64,000 nucleotides of DNA from Puniceicoccales bacterium (GTDB lineage Bacteria > Verrucomicrobiota > Verrucomicrobiia > Opitutales > UBA9783): contig JAISBA010000012.1 of NCBI GenBank assembly GCA_031266455.1, positions 1,151 through 65,150 on the forward strand, given 5' to 3'. Positions 57,219-64,000 of the stretch are shown here, piece by piece. The notes below the pieces were generated by a model that made no database searches, had not been told where the DNA came from, and saw nothing but the letters and a program-made list of their open reading frames with translations. The position numbers and the translations under genes were made by a program. The stretch's first letter is position 1; each line of letters starts with the position of its first letter.

Positions 57219-58856
57219 TTAATGTTTTCCTGGGTCCAGGGCATTCATTGTGCTTTCTAAAACTTCCCTGAGTAAGGTTTCGGCGTGCATTAAACTTTTC
57301 CTGGAACCAAAATTTTTCTCAAAATCTTGGAATGCCTCTTCCTGAACACAATCCTTTTTGATGGAACGACTTCTGCAAACAAACAGAATGCCCGTACTCT
57401 CTTTACCGCGCAATGCAGATGTCCACTGTTCCTGTCGCAGGGTTTCTAACACCTTAATCAGTCGGAAAATTTCATCCACTTCCAATATTTGAGATAATGA
57501 TACGATGGATGAATCTAGGGTAAAGGTATCCACATTGTGAATTTCTAAACCTCTATCTGCCAACAATTTTGCCACATCCGTATTGGGATTATTCAATTCT
57601 TCAACCAGACGGGATAATTGTTGATTAAACATCTTTTCACGTTCACTGCGCTGGCAATCCTGCAAAACTCTTTCTTTTACGGTGTCCAAGGAAGGATAAT
57701 AGGGATCCAAAAACTGTTTTAATGCAACCAAAACGTACCCATTTTTTACAGGCATTGGATCGCTTAAAAATCTTTCTGGATCCAAATCAAATGCCTTCAG
57801 CAACACCTCTTTAGCGAGACCCTTGCGTTCGGGTAAAGAATTTTGTCCATAGGGAGGCAATGTATCAATTGTCCTAACGTCGTTGTCATTAAGCCACTGT
57901 TTCCATTCCACCGTTTGCATCTGTATACCTTTGTCGTAAACCGTTAGAGCAAATTGTGTGGCACACTTCTCGGTGAGTGCATTTAACTGTTCTTTTTCCC
58001 AACGATCCTTTACCTCTGATTTGACAGCTTCAAAAGATATGTCTTCGGAATCCACCTTTTGGAATGTATGTTTGTGCAACGCAAAATAACGTTCCAATTC
58101 CTGATCAGAAATTAAGGGTAAAGATGCCCTATGCTTATTGGCTTCAAAAAATAACAAGGCAACTTCCGCTTTACGTTCAATCCTATAGTCATTCTTGTGC
58201 GCCTCAAAAAATTCTTGTAAGGCCTTTTCCGAGATGTTTTCCGGCAGCGTAATTTCGTTCCGAAGACTTACGTATTGTAATTGGTAAGAAGCCGTCCAAT
58301 ACTTGTACATCACTTCGCATTCTTTGGGGAGAACAAAACCTGGTTCGGCCAAAACCTTTTTTACTCTATCGCACAAGTAATCTTCCGTTAATAACCTACG
58401 TAGATTTTGGGTTTTACCAAATTGTTCGGACCACTTTTTCAGATAATCGTTGTACAGTCGAGGTTGAAACACTTTGTCCTCATCTAAAAATAAAAGCCTC
58501 GTTTTAATAAATTGATGTAATTCATCCTCTATGGGATCTGGCAAACCTACGACATTTGCAAGGTGAAGTAAAAATAAGCGATAAAAGGCATAGCCTTGGG
58601 CGGATTCCATCCAAGCATTCTCCTCTGAGCCCGTTTGCAATGCAATACTCAAAGCACCATCACGGACCACACGTTCCATCTGTTTAGGATCTCCAAGATC
58701 GTAACCCCAAAATTGCAATCCCACCTTCTTTTTACCGTAACCTAGTCCCGGCATGCTACCGATGGTGAATACGAACGGAATAACAATTACAATCAACAAA
58801 AATGCAAACAGCCACCTGCGGTTTCTTTCTAAAAACAATTGAATGCCGCTCAACAT
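57219..58856 (-). CDS. PpiD/SurA_N-like periplasmic chaperone (no obvious PPIase domain)
   Basis: The N-terminus MLSGIQLFLERNRRWLFAFLLIVIVIPFVF resembles the PpiD membrane anchor. The rest is long and helical. Family call is tentative. Confidence 0.4.
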   Translation of the reverse strand: MLSGIQLFLERNRRWLFAFLLIVIVIPFVFTIGSMPGLGYGKKKVGLQFWGYDLGDPKQMERVVRDGALSIALQTGSEENAWMESAQGYAFYRLFLLHLANVVGLPDPIEDELHQFIKTRLLFLDEDKVFQPRLYNDYLKKWSEQFGKTQNLRRLLTEDYLCDRVKKVLAEPGFVLPKECEVMYKYWTASYQLQYVSLRNEITLPENISEKALQEFFEAHKNDYRIERKAEVALLFFEANKHRASLPLISDQELERYFALHKHTFQKVDSEDISFEAVKSEVKDRWEKEQLNALTEKCATQFALTVYDKGIQMQTVEWKQWLNDNDVRTIDTLPPYGQNSLPERKGLAKEVLLKAFDLDPERFLSDPMPVKNGYVLVALKQFLDPYYPSLDTVKERVLQDCQRSEREKMFNQQLSRLVEELNNPNTDVAKLLADRGLEIHNVDTFTLDSSIVSLSQILEVDEIFRLIKVLETLRQEQWTSALRGKESTGILFVCRSRSIKKDCVQEEAFQDFEKNFGSRKSLMHAETLLREVLESTMNALDPGKH

Positions 58857-58866
58857 AAATGCAACC

Positions 58867-59961
58867 TCACCATTCAAACTTATCGCTTGCTTTCAAAGAG
58901 CGTGTAAATTCAACGAGCAGTTGAAGGGTCCACTCTATATCGTCTAGGCGAACCATTTCATTGGGGGTATGCATGTAACGCAAAGGAATACTAACCAATC
59001 CCGTAGCGACACCGTTGCGAGACATTTGGATAACACGGGCATCGGTTCCCGTAGGTCCCGATGCAGCTTCAACCTGATAGGGAATTTTGAGTTTCTCTGC
59101 ACATTCCTTAAGTCTAGCAAATACAATAGGGCTAATATTGGGCCCCCGCGTCAAAATAGGTCCCGCGCCCAGTTTAAAATCTCCCAAGCGATTGCTGTCT
59201 CCATCGGGAAAATCGGTTGCATGGCCGACATCCACCGCAATGCCTACATCGGGATGAATCGCATAGGTAACCGGCGTTGCGCCTCGAGTCCCAATTTCTT
59301 CCTGCGTTGTGGAAACCGAGGTCAGTGAAGCTTCCAAATGGCGATCTTTTGCCAAACGACGCAACACTTCTTGCACCACATACGTACCTCCTCGGTCGTC
59401 AATACCGCGTCCACACATGCAGCCATTGAGTACGTAAAAGGGTTCCTGTTCGTAAACCACAGGATCCCCTATGGCAACTTTCTTTAGAGCCTCTTCGCGA
59501 GATTTTGCACCGATGTCGATCCAAATGGCCTGCAGTTTGGGCAATTTTTTTCTCTCTTCCGCATCCAACAAATGGATAGCACGTCTCCCGGTAACGCCGT
59601 ACACAATCCCCTTGCCTGTTAAAATCTTAACTTTGCGTCCTGAGATGAGACCCACATCGTGCCCACCTACGGCGTCAAAAAACAAAAATCCTTCTTTGTT
59701 GACGTGCCTAATGATAAAACCGATTTCGTCCATGTGTCCGGCCATCAAAACATGCGGGCATCCCTGCGAGTGAATCGTTGCAATGCGATTTCCCAAAACA
59801 TCCTTGCTAAAAATTTCGGCCACCGGAGCCACATACTTTTCAACAACGGCTTGAGCCTCCGATTCGTACCCGGAAGGCGATGATGCTTTTAATAAATCGA
59901 TGAGAAAATCGTCAGCTACGGTCTTTAATGGTTTATTTGTCTTTTTATCACTTGATTTCAT
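58867..59961 (-). CDS. M42-family metallopeptidase (FrvX/CelM-like aminopeptidase)
   Basis: MAGHMDEIGFII..V...GFLFFDAVGG, GRGIDDRGG and TTQEEIGTRGA are M42 metal-site motifs. Confidence 0.85.
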   Translation of the reverse strand: MKSSDKKTNKPLKTVADDFLIDLLKASSPSGYESEAQAVVEKYVAPVAEIFSKDVLGNRIATIHSQGCPHVLMAGHMDEIGFIIRHVNKEGFLFFDAVGGHDVGLISGRKVKILTGKGIVYGVTGRRAIHLLDAEERKKLPKLQAIWIDIGAKSREEALKKVAIGDPVVYEQEPFYVLNGCMCGRGIDDRGGTYVVQEVLRRLAKDRHLEASLTSVSTTQEEIGTRGATPVTYAIHPDVGIAVDVGHATDFPDGDSNRLGDFKLGAGPILTRGPNISPIVFARLKECAEKLKIPYQVEAASGPTGTDARVIQMSRNGVATGLVSIPLRYMHTPNEMVRLDDIEWTLQLLVEFTRSLKASDKFEW

Positions 59962-60512
59962 GGCACACTTTCCTCACAAGACATAAACTTTTTTATGGAA
60001 AGTGCAAGATCTTTTGATAACAAGGCCCCAACCATCTCAAAAGCAAATTCAAACGCCGCACCCGGACCATTGGCTGTAATAAAGTGGTGATCCACAACGA
60101 CCGGTTCCGCCCTCAATCGAGGTAAATCATTCTTAATCGAAATATGCGCCGTAAAATTTTCTGGTAATATACCCGCTCGTTTTAACAGTAACGGAGCAGC
60201 ACAAATCGCCGCAATCCATTTGGAATCGCGATTGAATTGCTGTAGGCATTGGTGCAAATCCGTCCTGTCCAATACGTTAAAAATTCCATGACCTCCGGGG
60301 ATAATAATACCGTGAAAATCGTCGTACGATTGCAGCGAAGAAAAAAGACAATTGGCCGTTACTTGGATTTGATGTACTCCCATAACTTGAGTATTGTCAG
60401 ATAAAGAGGCTGTCAAAACATCCACATGCGCCCTATGCAATATATCCCATGGGACCACCGCTTCAATTTCTTCAAAACCTTCATGAAGGATAAACAAAAC
60501 TTTTAAATTCAC
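59958..60512 (-). CDS. DJ-1/PfpI-family protein
   Basis: GFEEIEAV, IIPGG and the nucleophile elbow IAAICAAPLLL. GTG start; the stop overlaps the M42 start (ATGA). Confidence 0.85.
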   Translation of the reverse strand: MNLKVLFILHEGFEEIEAVVPWDILHRAHVDVLTASLSDNTQVMGVHQIQVTANCLFSSLQSYDDFHGIIIPGGHGIFNVLDRTDLHQCLQQFNRDSKWIAAICAAPLLLKRAGILPENFTAHISIKNDLPRLRAEPVVVDHHFITANGPGAAFEFAFEMVGALLSKDLALSIKKFMSCEESVP

Positions 60513-60597
60513 ATTACAAAAATAAAGTAAAAATTATCGAAGGTAAAGCCCTTAGAAGCAAAGAAACGAAAAATAATATTGAAAAGACGAATCCTGG

Positions 60598-61029
60598 GTG
60601 CAACTCTCTCCAGCGCTTATGTTAGATCTTACCCCTTTACGGGATACGATTGCTTCCTTGGAACGCGCCATCACTGTGGGAAAAGAGATTCATCACACCA
60701 ACTCTTCCGTTCAAGAAGTTGTGCAAGCGGGTATTATAAAAAATTTTGAAATTGTTTATGACATGTGCCGGAAGTTCATGCAACGCTGGTTGCGCGTAAA
60801 TCAGGCCAACGACGTCGATCACATGAGAACACGTAAAGATCTTTTTCGTCTAGCGGCTAAGCACCAGTTGATTCGAGATCCTCAAGCATGGTTTTTATAC
60901 GGTGAGGCACGCAGCTTAACTACGCATACTTACCAAAAAGCGCAAGCGGCAAAAATCTATCAGTTGGCTCCCCAATTTTTACCGGATGCTCAATTCCTCT
61001 TATATCAAATAGAATGCATGAATGATTGA
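60598..61029 (+). CDS. HEPN-domain protein, HI0074-type nucleotidyltransferase substrate-binding family (toxin of a HEPN/MNT pair)
   Basis: R-x4-H-x-Y motif in GEARSLTTHTY, plus the IIKNFEIVYDMCRKFM helix typical of HI0074-like proteins. GTG start at 60598; the ATG at 60619 is an alternative. Confidence 0.8.
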   Translation: MQLSPALMLDLTPLRDTIASLERAITVGKEIHHTNSSVQEVVQAGIIKNFEIVYDMCRKFMQRWLRVNQANDVDHMRTRKDLFRLAAKHQLIRDPQAWFLYGEARSLTTHTYQKAQAAKIYQLAPQFLPDAQFLLYQIECMND

Positions 61030-61315
61030 TTTGGATCCCTCCATCGCCCATGAATTAAAAAGAATACTGCAGACTTATGTGCCGGAATGCCGTGTGTTTG
61101 TCTTTGGATCCCGCGTTCAAGGCAAGGCCCAAAGATACTCGGATATCGATTTATTACTGCAGGGAGATTACCCTTTATCGGAAAGTACGCTAGCAAAATT
61201 ACGTTTCGCCTTATCCGATTCAAATATTCCCATCAACGTTGATGTTGTGGATATGAATTCGCTATCCGTACAATTTATCCAAAATATCCAACGTAACAAA
61301 GAACAATTCCTTTAA
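61022..61315 (+). CDS. Minimal nucleotidyltransferase (MNT antitoxin of a HEPN/MNT pair)
   Basis: VFVFGSRVQGKAQRYSDIDLLL carries the GS...DxD pol-beta-type NTase motif. 97 aa. Overlaps the HEPN gene by 8 nt. Confidence 0.85.
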   Translation: MIDLDPSIAHELKRILQTYVPECRVFVFGSRVQGKAQRYSDIDLLLQGDYPLSESTLAKLRFALSDSNIPINVDVVDMNSLSVQFIQNIQRNKEQFL

Positions 61316-61486
61316 CTACATTGTATACCTCTGATTGAATTAAAAAACTCTACACTTACACATCGCTCATTGCAGTAGATTACTTTTCCACTTCCAAACA
61401 AAATTAACTTTAACGTATACCCGTTTTCTAGCATGTATGCTCGTAACCCAAACCGCATAAGAAGCCTATTCAAGCGAAATGCATGC

Positions 61487-63853
61487 TTACATCTCAGGAC
61501 GCGCATCGCTGTGGGGGATCCAGCCTCTCTGTTCCAAGGTTTCCATGATGCGTGCAGCCCGATTGTAGCCAATTTTTAAACGGCGTTGCAACAAGGATGT
61601 CGAAATGCGATCCGAGGTTTTTAATACCTCCAAAGCCTGCGGAATAAGCGCATCTTCATCTTCCATGGATCCGCTATCACTCTCGGTATCTTCTTCATTA
61701 ACATCCAAAACACGTTGTATTTCTTCTGCAAAAGAAGGAGGGCCATTTTTTGTCAAAAACTGAACCATGTCGTTGATTTCTTCGTCGGATACCCAGGCAC
61801 CTTGAGCACGAATTAATTGGGATGCCCCCGGCGGAATAAATAACATGTCTCCTTTACCGATTAAACTGTCGGCTCCCCCTATATCCAAAATGGTTCGACT
61901 ATCCACCTTCGAAGCAACTTTAAACGCGATGCGACTCGGTAAATTCGCCTTGATAATCCCCGTAATAACGTTGACCGACGGCCTTTGGGTCGCAATAATT
62001 AAATGAATACCGGCAGCCCTCGCAAGTTGTGCCAGTCGTGCAATGCAGGTTTCAATGTCACCGGGAGCCACCATCATTAAGTCGGCCAACTCGTCAATGA
62101 TGCAAACAATGTAGGGCAAGTGGCGCATATTTTTCTCCATAGCGTTTTTTGGGGACAATTTTTTTACCTTGTCGTTAAAAGTTGCAATATTGCGCGCCCC
62201 ATGCCCAGCAAATAACTGATACCGTCGTTCCATTTCACCAATCAACCATTTAAGCGCCGAGGGAACACGTTTGGGCTCCGTTACCACAGGAATAAGCATA
62301 TGGGGCAGATCGTTGTACAACTTCATTTCAACAATTTTTGGATCCACCATGATAAATTTTAATTCTTCTGGGCTTGAATGGAACAACAACGAAGCAATGA
62401 TGGCATTGATGCAGACCGTTTTACCGGACCCCGTAGACCCTGCTATCAATAAGTGGGGCATTTTTGTCAAATCTGCTACGATCGGTTTACCCGTAACCTC
62501 CTTACCCAAGACGATGGGAATTTCAGCGTCCGAATTTGCCCAGGCTTTTGATTCCAAAATTTCACGCAAGCAAACCGGCAAAGGGAATTTATTTGGAATC
62601 TCTATACCCACGCAGCCTTTACCGGGGACCGGAGCCTGAATGCGTACGGACAACGCCTTTAACCCCAAAGCAATATTCTTGTCCAAGGTGGTAATTTTTT
62701 CGACCCGAACACCTCGGGCTGGAGTGACTTCATACCTCGTAATGACCGGTCCCGATTGAATTGCCTCCACCTTAACTTCAACCCCAAACTCGGCAAGCTT
62801 TTGCACGAGATCTTGCGCCGTTTCATAGTAATCTTCACCTTCGCTGGCATCCTTTAAAACGGGTGGCGGATCTTTCAGCAATTCAATGGGAGGGAAAAGA
62901 TAATCACCCAATTTTGCAGGTATCGACCCTGAAGACTTTTCCACAACTTCACTTTCCAATACCTTAATCTCTTGAATCGTCTTTTCTTTAGGCGATCCTT
63001 GCGAACGAGGTTCATCGGTAACACGTATTCCCTGCGTTTCGTGCCGCAAAGCATGCGGATTCAATGGTACCGTTTCCAAGCTTACAAGCTTGTTAATGGG
63101 AATCGGTGATTCACCTTCCGAAAGCTCATTTTCCGCTTGCCCTAAAGCTTTCCTTTGCCGCCTAAGCAGAGCTCTCCCCCAATTTGCGCACAAAATGCAA
63201 CTTTTGCGCAACATCCCAATGAGTCCATTGAAACCGTTCTTCCAAAAAATTTTCAAACTTGCAAAGACTTGCTTTAATCCTCCCGTAATCCAGCAAAAAA
63301 CGCGACCGGGACTTGCGAAGGCTAAAAACGTAGAGAAAAGCGCACTCGGGATTAAAACAAGCATACAACCAATTTCTCCAAAATAGCGCGCAAAAACGTA
63401 TTGAAAAAGGTATAATCCAATCAAACCTCCTGCGCCCGCCGAAAAAAAACGATAATCCGGCAGCCACCAGCGTAGCGCTTCAAAAAAGGCCAATGCGGTT
63501 GGGGCCAAAAGGCAGGCTAAACCAAAGAAAAACCATTTCCATCGGGAACATTTTTCTCCGCGTCCTACAAAAAATAAAATGCCTGTCCATAATAAATAAA
63601 GGGGTAGCAACCATGCTGCCACGCCGCCTATGCGATAGGCGTAAAAGGAAAAATAGACACCGCAATATCCCAGCCGATTCCCGTGCGATTGCCAATGATT
63701 GAGTACTTTTGTGGTATAAAATTGAGACTGCAAAGGATCGTAATCGATGAAAGACAACGTGATAAATAAGCTGACAAGGATTAAAAAAAATCCAGAAAAA
63801 GGCTTCTGTAAATGTATTTTTAAGTCTTTATCGACCACACGCATGGGAAACAA
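61487..63853 (-). CDS. ftsK: DNA translocase FtsK
   Basis: N-terminal TM helices, a linker, the motor domain (PHLLIAGSTGSGKTVCIN; VCIIDELADLMM; ATQRPSV) and the gamma winged helix (LLQRRLKIGYNRAARIME). Confidence 0.95.
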   Translation of the reverse strand: MFPMRVVDKDLKIHLQKPFSGFFLILVSLFITLSFIDYDPLQSQFYTTKVLNHWQSHGNRLGYCGVYFSFYAYRIGGVAAWLLPLYLLWTGILFFVGRGEKCSRWKWFFFGLACLLAPTALAFFEALRWWLPDYRFFSAGAGGLIGLYLFQYVFARYFGEIGCMLVLIPSALFSTFLAFASPGRVFCWITGGLKQVFASLKIFWKNGFNGLIGMLRKSCILCANWGRALLRRQRKALGQAENELSEGESPIPINKLVSLETVPLNPHALRHETQGIRVTDEPRSQGSPKEKTIQEIKVLESEVVEKSSGSIPAKLGDYLFPPIELLKDPPPVLKDASEGEDYYETAQDLVQKLAEFGVEVKVEAIQSGPVITRYEVTPARGVRVEKITTLDKNIALGLKALSVRIQAPVPGKGCVGIEIPNKFPLPVCLREILESKAWANSDAEIPIVLGKEVTGKPIVADLTKMPHLLIAGSTGSGKTVCINAIIASLLFHSSPEELKFIMVDPKIVEMKLYNDLPHMLIPVVTEPKRVPSALKWLIGEMERRYQLFAGHGARNIATFNDKVKKLSPKNAMEKNMRHLPYIVCIIDELADLMMVAPGDIETCIARLAQLARAAGIHLIIATQRPSVNVITGIIKANLPSRIAFKVASKVDSRTILDIGGADSLIGKGDMLFIPPGASQLIRAQGAWVSDEEINDMVQFLTKNGPPSFAEEIQRVLDVNEEDTESDSGSMEDEDALIPQALEVLKTSDRISTSLLQRRLKIGYNRAARIMETLEQRGWIPHSDARPEM

Positions 63854-64000
63854 TCATATTACAATGCGTTTTTTGCAAAACAGGCAATATTATTGTAGTT
63901 AAAATAAAAGATTGCCCCCATCAAGACACGACGTAGGCTGAAGGTATGCGCGTGTTTTTACCACTCTTGTTATTTGGACCCAAAATAACCTATGGGAACA

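Noticed and set aside
61312-61572. 86-aa minus-strand ORF between the MNT gene and ftsK
   Set aside because: It overlaps the conserved FtsK gamma-domain coding end in another frame and has no recognisable features.

Overview
AT-rich (about 40% GC by eye, not computed) bacterial chromosomal segment, densely coding on both strands and mostly housekeeping. It carries replisome genes (3' end of dnaX, holA, dnaE) and envelope/division genes (pal-lpxK, lspA, mreBCD, glmM, a fused murC-murB, ddl, ftsQ, ftsK, a GH73 glucosaminidase, a YkuD L,D-transpeptidase). It also carries translation genes (rpsT, rpmB, prmC, an RlmD-type methyltransferase, six tRNAs), an eight-gene MoxR/DUF58/BatA-E cluster, a CPA2 antiporter, sugar-active enzymes (GH13 pullulanase-like, GH5) and a HEPN/MNT toxin-antitoxin pair. 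No rRNA, CRISPR array, transposase or integrase was seen. Lineage hints point to the PVC superphylum (Verrucomicrobia/Lentisphaerae/Chlamydiae relatives), by inference only: two prepilin-type proteins (one with the C-terminal DGHV motif), the murC-murB fusion, a CesT-like chaperone, and a dcw block that stops at ftsQ. Six items deserve a second look. (1) An A9 run in slippery phase at the end of dnaX, with the -1 frame open into the next ORF. (2) A small acidic CesT/YbjN-like chaperone gene 10 nt upstream of a signal-peptide-less GH13 enzyme, followed by a pseudopilin gene. (3) A DapF homologue in which both catalytic cysteines appear to be serines. (4) A secreted protein with eight [YF]GC repeats next to tRNA-Ser. 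(5) A roughly 190-bp direct repeat showing a decayed tandem L,D-transpeptidase array where ftsA/ftsZ would normally follow ftsQ. (6) An operator-like repeat cluster in the murC-murB divergent intergenic region. All functional calls come from reading the translated ORFs against remembered family motifs; no searches were run.
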